NCBI RefSeq assembly: GCF_009914755.1 | Contig: NC_060925.1 | Strand: one strand, 5' to 3' | DNA from: the human T2T-CHM13v2.0 reference genome, Homo sapiens | Length of the DNA stretch: 64,000 nucleotides | Part shown: piece by piece, positions 45,967-61,985 of the stretch | Numbering within the stretch: position 1 is the stretch's first letter | Layout: every line of letters starts with the position of its first letter | Notes under the pieces: model-generated | Told to the model about the DNA's origin: nothing | Database searches by the model: none | Seen by the model: only the letters and a program-made list of their open reading frames with translations | Translations under genes and position numbers: made by a program

Positions 45967-47492
45967 GGTTTCATGCCCTTAAAAACAAACCCCTTTACTA
46001 TTGTTCTAGTGAGCTGTGGAGAGGGAGTGGAGGTAGGGGTGTGTCAATGCACCATCTTTAACTGGAAGTCCCTCTGACTCTATTACCCACTGCCCAGCCA
46101 GGCTGCCTCATCAACAGAGAAGCTCAGGCCATTGGTCCTTTCCCCTCCTCAAACTGAACTTTAGGGTCAGGACCCATTTTAGATAGACATGAAACAGATT
46201 CTGGCTACTCCAGCTTCCTACCTGGTCTCCCTACCTGACTCCACTGCAGCACATCATCTAAATCACACCTGATCACACCATCACTCCTCACCTCACCTCC
46301 ACTGGTCTCTCATCATGCTGAGAATAAGTAGTCGTACCTCCTTACCATGCTGACAAGGCCTTCCCTGGTTTGTTCTCTGCCTCCAGACACATGGAACCTC
46401 TCTGCTCCATGCACGTGTGCACCTCTCCATCTTCACAGGTGCATTTTCTTCCTCCTGGTCTACACACCCCACACCACCTGCCTCCACACCAACTCTCACC
46501 TCACCTGGCTAGCATCCACACATCCTTCAGATTTCAGTTAAACCCCTCTTCCTCAGGGACCTTGGGCTAAGTCAGGGCTCTCCAGGCAGCATGCACTGGC
46601 CCCATCACAGGGGCCCTCCCACTTCACTGCCATCACCTAATGACCCCTCGCCACTTACCCAATATCCGTTCTACCCTGCAAGCGGCAAACTCTTTGGCAG
46701 AGATGGGTTGTCTTGTCTGCTCTGTTCCCTTCTATATCCCTTGGCTTCCAGAAGGCCCGGTGTAGAACACGGGCCCACTAAGAATTCATAATCAATCAAT
46801 GTGTCATGATAAACGTAATATCGAGACAGGAAAGTTTCTGAAATATCCTGGTGGACTGTTTTTTCATTTTTCTCTTTCAAAAGATTTACAAAATGATGTG
46901 GCAGCATTTAAGAATGCAGTTTTTGCCATCGAACTTCTGGGTGCAAAAGGGATTGTTCATAAGGAAAAACAAACTGAGGTTATGTTTTGTTTTTATTTAT
47001 TTTTCTGAGAGGAAAGAGTTTTTGTTAACTGGCGTTAAATTTGTAAGTTTTTTAAAAAAAAAAAAACAAAGTTACAATAATTTAAGATTCAAAGCAAAAC
47101 GTATCTGTTCAATATAGCAGGAGAGTCATGGGATGATAAAGTCAGCTCATGTCCTATCCTCTCTGGAACAAAAATTCCCACAGGTTACAGAGGCTTCTCT
47201 GTTTCATATTCCCATTCATAACTATACTTCGAGTATCTGCTCAGAGAAATCTGTGTCTGTTTTTGGAGGTGTTTAAAAATAATAACAACTTCACCTAAAG
47301 CCTGTAGTAAAATTTACGAAGTAGAATTGCTTCTTTTGGGGAGGCTAATCTGTAAAACAGAATAAAAATGCAGCTATGAATAAAATAGCTTTTGATTTTA
47401 CCAGCCACGTAGCTGCCAGGCTTTTTAGGGGTGTCATAGGATGGCTCTGCCCCTCAATTTCACTGAAGCGAGAGGGGTGTCTCAATACTCAC

Positions 47493-47599
47493 ACTGCCTG
47501 TTCCTCCAGCTCCCCTCCGATGCGCTGGGACATGTTCTTCAGCACCCCGATGCTGCCAGAGACCAGCTCCAACTGCTCATCCTGCTGTTCCACGATCAA
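47493..47599 (-). CDS. STX6: STX6 exon 6 ([36 protein letters not shown]; Qc-SNARE motif N-half with zero-layer Q)
   Basis: tctggcaccag| acceptor, |gtgagt donor, 107 nt. Confidence 0.96.
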
Positions 47600-48463
47600 C
47601 TGGTGCCAGAGAAATGGGAAATAAGCAATTAAAATCCATCTTACCTGGTTCCAAGCCCAGCACTCTAGCAGCTGCTAGTTTCTTTGCCAACTTGGGACAA
47701 TTCACATTCAGAAGCAAAGCCCAGAAATCAAAGGACCAGACCGTTGCCTCTGAGAACACACTGCTCAAAAGGCTGGATTGTTAAGCTACTGATATCTCCT
47801 GCTGATCCAACTTGTGAACAGTCAGCGGGGCTTGAAACCACCAAGAGAGATTTACTCTGGTTGGCTGACGTCCAATAATGGAGCAGACAATGGTTGAAAG
47901 CACACGTGCAGATGACCATTGAGACATGGGGATGTTTGGGAGGAGGAAGCCCATTGCCAAGATCAAGGTCTCAATCCACAACAGACTGCCACAGCTTAAA
48001 TACAAGAGAGTCTGGCAAATCTCTGGATGTGGGGAAACTATGCAGTCTTTCCTCTCTCTTCAAGGACAAACGAAAGGATGCCCTGTGGCAATAAGTTACC
48101 TCAAGGACAACTACTGACTGACAAATATTTACTTTTAGTTGTGTTGCATTCTTCTCACTTTCTATAGAAAAAAAATTTCCTGGGTTTAATAGCAATTTAA
48201 GTAGACAACTGGTTAAGCAGACATACTAATGTAAAGAACAAAAGAACATATAAACTACATGTATACATAAAACACAATATTTAAGAATCAATAGTTTCAA
48301 TGGGTACATGCTCCTCAAATCCCCAGACACATTATCATTAGCTTGCTTTTATTAATACAGCTACATATCAAAGGCATCAACAGACATAATCAATTTCATT
48401 TTCCTTCTACCCCTTAACCTACACAAAAGCAGTCATCTTTACATATAACAAAACCAACCAATA

Positions 48464-49085
<622 letters not shown>

Positions 49086-49237
49086 TTACATATGCAATTA
49101 TTAAACACAATCAACACAGGACAAGCTCTGGCTTACCCTCCTTGTCACTAAGCCACAAGACCCCATGGCTGGCAAAGGAACTAAGGGGGTGTCTTGTTTC
49201 CCACTGGCCCGTCCTAAGTCTGGGGTCCTTGGGGTAC

Positions 49238-49363
49238 CTGCTGCTGTGCCTGCTGCTCCTCAATGAAATGAGAATTGGCTCTCTGGAGCTCTCGGTCCAG
49301 ACGCCCATATTTATCTGTTGTTCCAGTGCTCCAGTTCTGGCTGCCACTGTCTCCCAGCAGTGC
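49238..49363 (-). CDS. STX6: STX6 exon 5 ([42 protein letters not shown]; contains the YGRL sorting motif)
   Basis: ttctcacacag| acceptor, cag|gtaccc donor, 126 nt. Confidence 0.96.
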
Positions 49364-52300
49364 CTGTGTGAGAAGAACAACCAGAGGAGTCAGGAGAAAC
49401 AAACAATTACTATCTCTGAACAAGTGATGCATCAAGAGTGATATAAAGAGTTTTCACATTTCTTGTCTATTTTCCCCTGGGCAAGGCTTTTATGTAGTGG
49501 TGTAGGTTGGTGCCTGGGTGGTACTATTTAAGGAATTCCAGGAAGGGCCCTCTATGTCTTTAAGCTCTCCCAATAGGCCTCACAATGGGCTTTGTCCCCT
49601 TAAAGTGCAAATAAACGTCTGCTAAATCAACAAACACCCATCTATATACTGTGTTATAATTGAAAAGCATTCAATCTCTTGTAAAAGAGCTCTTCCTGGT
49701 ACCTGTGGAACTTCAGCAACCCATAGGTTCCAGTCAACCTGATTCCGAAGATCTAGAGTACTTTTTTAAAAAAAGTGTGACCCAGGGGAAGTTGTGGGTT
49801 TTTTTGGTGGGGGGAAAAGGGAGAGTTCCCTGGAATGACAAGAAGGTAAGCCATAGCCCTTCACACACAAAGGCACAAGAACCATCAATGTCTGTTAAGT
49901 TTAACCCATGAATAGAATCCAGGGTCCTTCAGGCTTTCCAGATGACAACTGGGGGTTACTTTACAGGCAGGTATGACCACAAGGAATGCCTGACCCTGGC
50001 AACCGAGGCAAGGGCTGCCCTAAAGTCAGAGTTCTCCACCAGGGCTCCCAGACACAAGGGTCGGGTTTCCCAAGTATGAATTCAAGGAAGTTTGCAGCCA
50101 TAAATGGGTATGTCTTCCTCACATGAAGAAGACAGGCAGGAATGTGAGAGTTCCATCTCAGCAGTTGGTTCTGACCAGATCCCCACAAGCCTTCCTGACT
50201 GGTCAAAGTAACTGCTCACACCAGCCCCGCAGGCAAGAGCCAGAAGACGCTAGCAACTAAGACTCTTTTTCCTTGTAGAGTTGCCAAATTTTCCTATCGG
50301 GTAATTTAAAAAAAATCTCAGGCACTATTAAAAGCCTGCCTGGTTACTTGGTTCTGTCTGAAAACCCTTCCAACAGCCCCATGACCTTCCTCCATACTGA
50401 CACTGACCTCTTCTCAGACTGCGAGGGGTGAACTCCATCAAATGGCCAGACTTCAGGGGCTAGGATCAGGGAAGCTCAGTTATTAGAAGCTTTTCTTACA
50501 AGAGCTTCCAGGGGCCCAGAGCTTCAGTCCAGCTGGATGGTGACTGTCTCTGGTGTAAAGCAGATCCAAGGCTTTTTGTGGGTGGCTCTGCCCTGACCTG
50601 GTCTTAGGGCTATCAAGACTGAAAAGATCCTGCTCATTATGATCCACACTCTAAGGACCTCTATGGAAGACATGAGGAAATAGTGACAATTTTTTTAGGG
50701 TCAGAAAAATGCTATAATGCATCACTGGCCTAAGGACAGAGAACTGGGACACCACCAGGGCCTTGTGTGCTCCTGAGGTCACAGGGCTATTTTTCCTACG
50801 TTTTCCATGGTGTACACTTAGGTAGAGCTAAGTATAGGGCAAATCATCCACGTTTTATTGTGAAATAGCTTAAAGTTCATCAGTCTGATCCCAAATGTTT
50901 GTGATAATAGGATAGAGATTGAGAGAGGGCCCAAGGACTGGAAGATGCACCTGTGTGTGGGTGCCAGAGCAGGGGTGCTGGTGAGGCAAGGAGCAGCACA
51001 GAGCCTGGCACCTGGCACAACGTGGCAAGGCCCATGCCTGCTGGAGTGCTTAGAGAGCCCTGATCCTGCTATTCCTTGAAAATTTGCAACTTGACATTTC
51101 ACTCATAGCCTAAAACAAAATTCCAAGCCATAACTAGATAGGCAATATATAAATACATACATGTATATATACTTTATATAAATATATATTTAAATTTATA
51201 TATTTATATATATTTATAAATATATAAATATAAATTTTATTTACATTAGCCCAACTATACTATCTAGAGAATAAAACATTCAAATTAAGAGTAACAGCAT
51301 AGGTGTTACTGACCTCACTGTCACAACTACTTCAGTTACTTCCACTTCCTATAAGCTCAAGTGCAAATAAGAAGAGAACTCCAAAACTAGCCAACTTGAG
51401 GGCATTCACTAGCTTCTTTCAAGAGAGGGAGCCAGATGGAATGGACCAGCTAGTGGCTTTTCCTAGCTATATTGCTCAAAAAGAAAGCAAAGGAGGCAAA
51501 TAAGATTAAAAAGCCAAAAACAAAACAATGACTTGAAAAATGGAATGCAAGAAAAGGAAACAGGAAAATTAAGTTAGGTGATATTTATAGAACCCTGCCC
51601 CTTCTTCAAGCTTCCATAATATTTGTTTTCAAAATTAAGTGTCTTGACAAATACCCACAGGTATGAAGTACTGATTGCTAGTTAGTATAAATAGTGAAAT
51701 TTCTCAAGAGCCTACTAAATGGACAATTCATAACTTTCTGGAATCTTAATAAAATGAGACTAAGGTAAGTCATTTAAAGCAAATAGTATCATTTTTCATG
51801 AAGTCTTTTTTACTTCTAAGGAAAATGGATATCCACAGAATTTAAAAAACTACTTCTGTCAAAAAAATTACCTAACAGTTTAGCAACAGGCAAAAACATT
51901 CTATCCCACCAAAAAAAGTCTAAATCAAATCTCAATCTAAATGAAAGTCCAAATTCTAGATGATCATTCTACATTTTTTAAAAGGACTGTATTTTAACAA
52001 TTAGAAAGGAGCTTCTATCAATATGCCAAAGTATGTAATTCTTTTAAAACTACTTAAAACAAAGAGAAACTTAATTTAACACACAAGTTTAAGGTTCCTC
52101 TAATGTCTTTACATCAAATGTCAATCCTTAGATGTCTAATGTGTTCCATGGGTAGGCAATGTAGTAACTGCTAGAGAGCTCAAAACAAACAAACAAACAA
52201 GAAACAAAAAACCATGACACACATCTCTCCTCACTGTCAAAGGGCCTGGAGCCCAGCAGAGAGAAAGACAGTAATTATAGCCCTTCAAAGAGCCTGGCAC

Positions 52301-52622
52301 ACAAAATGTGTTCAATAGGTACAGAATAAACACATTAAAAAAGTAAAAGTACTCTGTGATAAGTGCTATAGTAAGGGTAGGCAAAAGGTGCTATGGAGCC
52401 CAGAGGAGAAGACCAGAGGGTAAGAGGAGGGGAGGGAAATGTTGACAGGGTGCTGGGACAGGCTGCCTGGACTGTCACAAAACCTCCCATGGTCACACCA
52501 GGGCCTGCAAGCAGAAGTCTTCCTCTTGATTACATGATCCATGGATGGTCAGCATTTTTAAATTCCAAATATCTAACTGTATGCTTTCTGTCATTGATAA
52601 TTATATTCTGATGTTTTCTCAC

Positions 52623-52685
52623 CTGTCTATTTTTTCTTTCAGCTAATGCCTGCACAGATGAAGTTGACATCTGATCTTTCATGTC
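52623..52685 (-). CDS. STX6: STX6 exon 4 (DMKDQMSTSSVQALAERKNRQ)
   Basis: ttctcattag| acceptor, cag|gtgaga donor, 63 nt. Confidence 0.95.
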
Positions 52686-53789
52686 CTAATGAGAAAGAAG
52701 ATACGAAAACAAATGAAAAATATCCTTAAACAAAATCACAGTTAACATTTCATACATTAGCAAAACACACAATTTATTATTACTTTTTAAAAAGAAGACC
52801 GCATTTCTTGGCTTTATTTTCAGTCTCAAAAATAAAGAAAATAAAATAAAAAGAAAGATGGTCCCTTAAAAAGAAGTAACCTGGATACTAATTTGAATAG
52901 GAGGAAAGAGAAAGGAATTAACATTTACCAGGTACCTACCACAGGTCAGAAACAGTGCTAAACACATACACACATTATCACTGAATTTTCACAAGGACCC
53001 TGTGAAGCTGGTACTATTTCCATTTTAAGGTTGAGGAGACCTAGGTCCAAAAAGACGATGATACTTTCTCAAAGTCACATCACTAATAAAGAACATCCCT
53101 GGGGTACAAACACAAAAGCACGTGTTTCAAGGGCTTGCATCTTTTTTACAATATATGTAAAAAACCATGTGCTTTTAGTATAAAGTATATTTACCATTAA
53201 ACACCAAAGAATACTTCCAAATAGTGGTACAACAGGTCACTTATTTTATTTCTGAGTTGGATTCATGAAAGGTATAGACTATTCCTAACATCAGAGTGAA
53301 TTTCCAGAGTGGTGTCAAAAATAATTTTGTATGGAATGAAAAGTGAATAGATCCATTACTTTATCTGAAGCAAAACACTTTATTAAATATGAGTCATTCT
53401 GCTTATTTAGCTACAATCCAATCTACTATAGAATGATTTGAACTGAATACATGACTGCAACAACAGTTTTTAAAAGGTCGTCAAAATATAATTTATGCAA
53501 ACATCAAAGTGTAAGACTTTTAGAAACTTCTTTAAAGACCCATGACAAGTAAACAGATGAGACAGTGCCACCGCTTTTACAATCCCAGAACTGTGGTAAA
53601 TGTGAGTGAGAACCACCTGATTCAACTTTCAAACCACTCATCTATCCATTTAGCAAACACTCACTGATGTCTACTATGTGGCCAGGCATACAGCAGTGAA
53701 TGATACTAGCTAGGCCCCTGCCCACATGGAGTTCACATCATGATGACATGCCTGAGTCAGTCACGTGAGTGTTGTTAAAGATGCAGTTC

Positions 53790-54521
<732 letters not shown>

Positions 54522-54836
54522 TAAAAATATTTTTTAAATGTAGTTCCCTAGGCCCCTATGAGACCTACGAAGTCAGACTCTTGACGGCACATTTTTAACA
54601 AGCCCCCTCCCCATCCCCATTCCTTGTCTTACAATGGAAATCTAGAAGCCTTCAAGAGAAACTGATCACTATGCTAGTATCTCCTGGACTGCAGGATTCG
54701 TTTTCTGATTATCAATCAGAGTTTAAGATGACATTCTGACAGTCAATCCAACAGCCCGATTTATTTAATATTATTAAAAACTACGCAGAGCAACATTCAC
54801 TAGGGGGATAATACATGCCTTTAAAAATATACTCAG

Positions 54837-54972
54837 CTGGGCACTATGGCTTGCGCCTATAGTCCCAGCACTTTGGGAAGCCAAGGCAGTCGGAACGCTT
54901 GAGGCCAGGAGTTGCAGACCAGCCTGGGCAACATAGCAAAACCCCATCTCTACAAAATTAATAAAATAAAAA
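54837..54972 (+). mobile_element. Alu left monomer (FLAM)
   Basis: Single Alu arm with A-rich tail. Confidence 0.75.
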
Positions 54973-55806
54973 TATAGTCAGTGCATTTTATAATAGTGTT
55001 TTTTTAAAACAACACATTACTTGCATAATAAAAATATCAACATGCAAGTATGGGAAAGTGACATGTTAGCCTTTGAACATTACATGTACAACATACTTTT
55101 GCTGTTAGAAGTCAGTGCAGTGGGGGGTAGAGACATTGGCTAAAAAGGAGCACAGGCACCTTCTGGGGGTGCTGGTAACACCCTGCAATGCTTCTGGGTG
55201 CTGTTGACATGGCTGTGTTCAGTTTATAAATTTATTAAGCTATATGTTTAGGTTAATTACACTTTTCTGTACCGTTATATTTTAGTAAATATATGTATTT
55301 TTAATACTACTGGTCCCAAACAATGGCTGGATGGTAAACTAGAACAGCACTTTGAAAATAAATTTGTCATTCTGTACCATGAGTCTCAAAATATTCACTG
55401 CCTTGACCCAGTAATTCCACTAACAGGAATTTATTTTAAGGAGATAACATAAAATAGATACAAAAAAAGACATGCAGAGATGTGTACTGCAGTATTATTT
55501 ATAATAAGAAAAAAAGTAGAAATAAGCAGCAAGCCCAAATAAGGGAACAGCAACACAATCCACACAATGCAGTATTATATACTAGGCATTATGTACTAGG
55601 CATTGTGCTTATGAAGAGAGTTCAGTGAACAGACAATTCACAAAAACCCCACAAATGATCAAACATGAATAGATGCAATAACCCACTGGTAATCAAAGAA
55701 GTGTAGCTAAGAGACATTTTCTCCAATTAGACCAAGAAAGATGAAAAAGATTGATAATACTTAGTGAAGGTATATTCTGATACTCTATCAGAAATATGAC
55801 TGATAA

Positions 55807-56134
<328 letters not shown>

Positions 56135-57639
56135 TGAATATTTAAAATGTGTATTCTCATTGAATTTTTTACGAAACAATTATGTAAGTTATGCTCACAA
56201 AGATGGTCACTGAAGCATGGTTTGCAATTTCCACTAATAAACAATAACCAAAATATCTACTGGTAGGTCAATGATTAAATAAATCATAACAGAGCCACAT
56301 TAAAGGAGAGGGAAACAGCATGATCTTTCATGTCAAAGACCTAGGTTTAAGACTTAGTTATGCTTTTTAATAGCTGCACTAAGTTTCTATTTCTTCTGTA
56401 CATTTAGAATAATATCTTTTAGAATCATTGTAGGGATTAATAGAGGTAACACATGAAGCCTGATTAACAGTAGCCAACAATATAGTAAGCACTCAATAAA
56501 CATTATCAGCAAATAAACGTATGCAACTATTAAAAAGGATAGTCTGCTCCTGGGTAATACAGGACCCACTAGCTACTGAGCACTTAAAATGTGGTCAGTG
56601 CAACCGAGGAACTGAATTTTACTTTAATTAATTGATACTCAGTTATTAGAAAACTTTGAAGTATGTCTAGAAAAAATTGGGTTTGTGACTCTACTTTTTC
56701 AATTGTAAGTTCTGTAAACTCTAAATACAGATCAAGTATTTCCAATGAAAATTTCACATCTGAATTGAGATATGCTTGAGTGTAAAATACATGCCAGATT
56801 TATTACAAAAACAGTTTAAAAAATTTAAATCTCTCATTAATATCTCTTATATTGACTACATATTTAAATGATCATGTTTTGGATATATCAGGTTAAATAA
56901 AATATATTAAGCTCACCTATTTTTACTCTTTTAATGTGGCAACTAGAAAACTAAAAATGACCAAGAGGTTCCCATTTTATTACTACTGAACAGCACTTCT
57001 CTAGATTTATCTGTGTCATTGTAAGACTATGTCCACAATGTAATTTTTCATAGAAAAAAAGTTACAGATTATCATGCCACTGCTTTTTAAAAGTTTGCAT
57101 ATTTCAATGTCCATAAAATGGCTGTGAAAAATAAAATTGTTGACACTAATTATTTCTAGGGAGTGAAATTGGAGAACGAAGAGGCATTTTCTCTTCAAAG
57201 TTTTTTCATCAGGATTATTTGCATTTTATAAATACCAAGTACAGATTATTTTTAACCTAAGAAAATAAAATGCTATGATTGCATAACAGTATGATCACAA
57301 CTATGTAAAAATACAACTGCCCTGCATTGGGAGGAAAATTATGAAGAAAATGCAAAGTCTTGTGCTATGTATTATTCTGAGTTTAGATTCCTTTTCCTAC
57401 TTTTACTTCTTGAAAATTTTCTCTAATTTTCTTTGAGCTTGCATTATCATAATTAAATGTGTATTCTAAAGTTGCAGTTTTTAAAGTTTTATGCTTAATA
57501 AAAACCATGTGGGGTTATGTGTGTGCCTGCATGGGTGTTAGCCCTGATGAGGCAGATTCCTCCAATAGCCCTGTGGGTAGGCATCCTGTATGTGACCACC
57601 ACCACCGCGGGTAAGGATCTAAGGATCTATGGCTTTCAC

Positions 57640-58029
<390 letters not shown>

Positions 58030-59521
58030 TAAACTATGTTACTAAATAGTTTTAAACATTTTATAACAATCTATCATGCCAAAAACATAATTACTCATCT
58101 TCTTTCTAACACATGACGTTTAGAACCAGCAGTCAAGCAACAAGTCCCAATAAAATATGGTTCATCTGCCAAAGGAACAACAAATGTCCTGGTTATTTAT
58201 GCTTCTGTTCCCATTTCACACTGTCTTCCAAGCTGAATGAATGAGACATCATAAACCCCAGTGCTTCCCACTCATAATTCTTACATTTCAAGGTCATCTG
58301 TGCTCACACTGGATACTTCACCCTTTTTGATTAACCAAAGCCATTTCCATCTTGACTTACAATTGACTGTAAACAATTCTTACATTGGAGCAGGTTCGGT
58401 TTTTTCATGGAGAGGGTAATAGTTCTAACTTTTAAAGTCAGAGAATGTTAGTGAGGATTATTTCATAGATAAAACTGAGATCCAGGGAGGTTGAATGACT
58501 TACCATGGTTAAGATTTATTAAGGTCACAGCTTAGCCTAGAACTCAGGTTCCCTTACCCCTTATATTCACCATTATTCTGCCATATACTGCAAAACCTCT
58601 TGATCCTAAAGTAAAACCAAAGTCACTTCTAGGATATATTTCTAAAACACAAAAATTTCACATGTGGAATCTTTGATGTATAGGTGACTCCACAAGAGTA
58701 AAAATGATTACCTCAAAAATATGAAAGCTATTTACACAAAAATGTGAGTATTTTGGTTCTTCACTAAAAACTGCCAGCAAAACTGGATTTGTACAGACTT
58801 AAAAGATGCTTGGAAAAACATACACAAAACTCTAAACAAGGAAAGCTTACTAAAGGCATAACCAATGGACATTAATCAAGAAGAAACAGGCGATTTACTT
58901 CTTCAGGTTGAAGCAAATAAAGAAAAAAAAAAACCACAAAATGCATAGAGTATCACTGACTCCCCTGCCTACAAAAGAGAAAGCATAAGTAGAATACACT
59001 GTTTGAAAGATAAAGTCAATCAAAATTTTGAAGCAATATTAAATGAAAGCCCACTAGTAATAGTAACAGAAGAACTAACATAAATTTGTACAAATTCCTA
59101 ATTTGAACTTCATTTCATCTCATTTTCCAAATCTGCTAACCCTCTGCTCCCTCTCTATCGAGCTCTTCCATCCAGAACCCAGAAATCTCTACATACAAAC
59201 ACTGTTTAGCTAAATGTGGTAATGTGGAATTATACAAGGTATATTTTATTTTTAATCGAGTTAGCACCATTGCTATTTCCTCCTCTTCTATAGGACTTTC
59301 AACTAGAATTTATTACAATCAGATCAGCAAAAGCTCAGTTAGGTACTGTTAGCCTACCACTGGTAAATACTAACAGCTTCCCCCAAAGGGGTCATAAATT
59401 TAAACAAGAATGATTTAAAACCCTAAAATATTCAGGTGGATCACATAGTTGAGTATGGTTTAGATCTCAACTCTAAAAGGACAGTAAGATTTTGAAGTAC
59501 TGACTTGATTTGGAATACCTC

Positions 59522-59889
59522 TCATTACTCTGTTCTCACATTGCTATAAAGAACTGCCCGAGACTGGGTAATTTATAAGAGAAAGAGGTTTAATTGACTC
59601 ACAGTTCAGCATGGCTGGGGAAGCCTCAGGAAACTTACAATCATGGCAGAAGGAGAAGCAAGGCAACTTCTTCACAAGGCAGCAGGGAAGAGTGACAGAG
59701 CAAAGTGGGAAGAGCCCCTTATAAAACCATCAGCTATCATGAGACTCACTCACTATCATGAGAACAGCATGTGGGAAACTGCCCCCATGATTCAATTACC
59801 TCCACCTGGTCTCTCCTTTGACACATGGGGATTATGGGGATTACAATTCAAGATGAGATTTTGGGTGGGGAAACAGCTAAATCATATCA
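59522..59889 (-). mobile_element. Solo THE1 (THE1D-like) LTR in STX6 intron 3
   Basis: THE1 LTR motifs; 5-bp TSD acctc at 59517-59521 and 59890-59894. Confidence 0.88.
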
Positions 59890-61158
59890 ACCTCTTTCTA
59901 AGAATGTACTTTAAAAAGCTTTTCAGATATTAGAAAATGAACTTTGGATTCTTCTTTCCATTATACCAATGAACTTAATTTTTAATATACGAACCTCTAA
60001 ATTTCAATTTGCAAACTTCCTAAGTCTACCTTGCAGAAATAAATATAATGATTAAGGTTAAGGACATATGCTTCACTGCAAGGCCCCACTTAAATATTAA
60101 CGTCTATAGGAGTATCCTTCAAAAAACCTACTACTACAAAAAAAAAAAAAAAAAAGCTTATACAAAATAATTGGGGATTTACTTATCTTACAAAAAATAT
60201 GTCACCTAACAACAAGGCTTCCTCATCAGAACAGTATTTTGAACTGGCTAGAAATTAAGAATGTCCAATCCAAACACTCACTGTGGATGGGGCATCTGAG
60301 GTCCAGAAAGGTTTCTCCCTCATTAAAATGTGGGTTTATCTATAAACAATTTACGTATATGTATATAGAAAGGCAACTAATGAATAAAACAAGTAACAAG
60401 AATATATAAAGTTCAGTGATAATCTACCATTTGAAATAATTTCAAAAGGAAATCACATGATATAAAGACTTTGGCAAACACAAACTAAGGTTCCTGCCTA
60501 AGATGACTCTTAAAAAGCCGTATGTTAGCACTGGTATGATCCCAAGTCTTTTTATTCAAGGAAGCTGCTTTCTAGTACATATGTTAAAGACAGCTGGTTC
60601 TCTTACATCTAGTTATGCTAATCAAATGGCTTAGCCATATAGTTTCAAAATATGAAACATTTTAATGACACAAGATTGTACTTAATATTTTTTCTTAGAT
60701 TCTTTAATAATGGGTATTATTCTAAATAACTTAGAACTAAAGATTTGTTCACTTGGATCAATTTTTTACACTCTGATAGATGCTTGTTTGCTCTGGATAA
60801 CTCTGGAACGGCTGTCAAGTAGTTACATATGGAAATGTCAGTATCTTGGGTTGCAAGAGTTCCAGAAGCAATTCAGATGGCGGAAGAGGCCGCTATCCAA
60901 ACCCACTAAGAGTCACTCTTCAACAATGCGAAGTGATTACCAATCAATCAAAAAACCAAATGGTTTCTACAATAGCAATTGTTTTGTTCGTCAAGAAATA
61001 GAGTACACTAAGAAATAAAAAGTGAGAAAGATAACTAGCTTGAAGAAACTAGAGGTATGGACAAGGGTCTAATCATTCAGGATGACACCATTTGAATGTA
61101 CCCTGCCCAAAGCCAGCAGATTACTGTCTCATTTTTGCTCTCGGAAATAAGCCTGACA

Positions 61159-61410
61159 GGCTGGGCATGGTGGCTCACGCCAGTAATCCCAGTACTTTGA
61201 GAGGCTGAGGCAGGCAAACTACTTGAGTTCAGGAGTTCAAGACCAGCCTGAGCAACATGGTGAACCCTGTCTCTACAAAAAATTAGCCTGGTGTGGTGGT
61301 GCACGCCTGTAGTCCCAGCTATTTGGGAGGCAGAGGTTGTAGTCAGCCAAGATCATGCCACTACATTTCAGCCTGGTCAACACAGTGAGACCTTGTGTCA
61401 AAAAAAGAAA
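61159..61410 (+). mobile_element. AluJ-like element (internal deletion)
   Basis: ggctgggcatggtggctcacgcc... A-rich tail. Confidence 0.85.
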
Positions 61411-61447
61411 GATTAAAAACAGATTTCTTTTTCTTCAATCACGGAAA

Positions 61448-61714
61448 TTTTTTTTTTTTTTTAAGGTACAGTGACGTGATCATAGCTCTCAGCCTCAACC
61501 TGATCCTCCCACCTCAGCCTCCCATCTTGGTCTTCCATGTAGTTGAGACAACAGGTGTGCACCACCATGCCCAGCTAATTTTTATATTTTTTTTTTGTAG
61601 AGACAGGGTTTCATCATGTTGCCCGGACTGGTTTCAAACCCCTGGGCTCAAGTGATCCACCCACCTCCACCTCCCAAAGTGCTGAGATTACAGGCATGAG
61701 CCACCATGCGCAGC
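61448..61714 (-). mobile_element. AluJ-like element (partial)
   Basis: Poly-T plus reverse Alu ending gagccaccatgcgcagcc. Confidence 0.85.
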
Positions 61715-61867
61715 CAATCAGAGAAATTATATATGGGGAAGCTCACATTTAATTCATATTTAAAAAGTGGTTTCAGAGGTGACCTATTAGTTTACAATTA
61801 AGGGAAAGAGCTCTAAGAAGTCTGGCTATTTCTTATACAGATAACACAATAAGATCATATTCCTTAC

Positions 61868-61962
61868 CCTGACAACTTGCCGAGTACTTGTAATGAAGGC
61901 TTTTCTTATACTCAATTCAGTTGCATCAAGGTTAAATTTTCTAGGATTTGCTTCAACTATGC
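61868..61962 (-). CDS. STX6: STX6 exon 3 ((S)[31 protein letters not shown]; Habc domain)
   Basis: 95 nt; donor agg|gtaagg; non-canonical AC acceptor (gacctac|GC); phase 0 join to exon 4. Confidence 0.93.
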
Positions 61963-61985
61963 GTAGGTCAAAAAGTCAAGGTAAA
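61963..61985 (-). promoter_or_regulatory. STX6: U12-type (minor spliceosome) branch point and AC 3' splice site
   Basis: Minus strand tttACCTTGACtttttgacctAC|; branch A at 61976, 14 nt from the 3' splice site; no extended polypyrimidine tract. Confidence 0.85.

Noticed and set aside
51145-51245. AT-only quasi-palindromic stretch
   Set aside because: Degenerate (TA)n low-complexity sequence; self-complementarity is trivial
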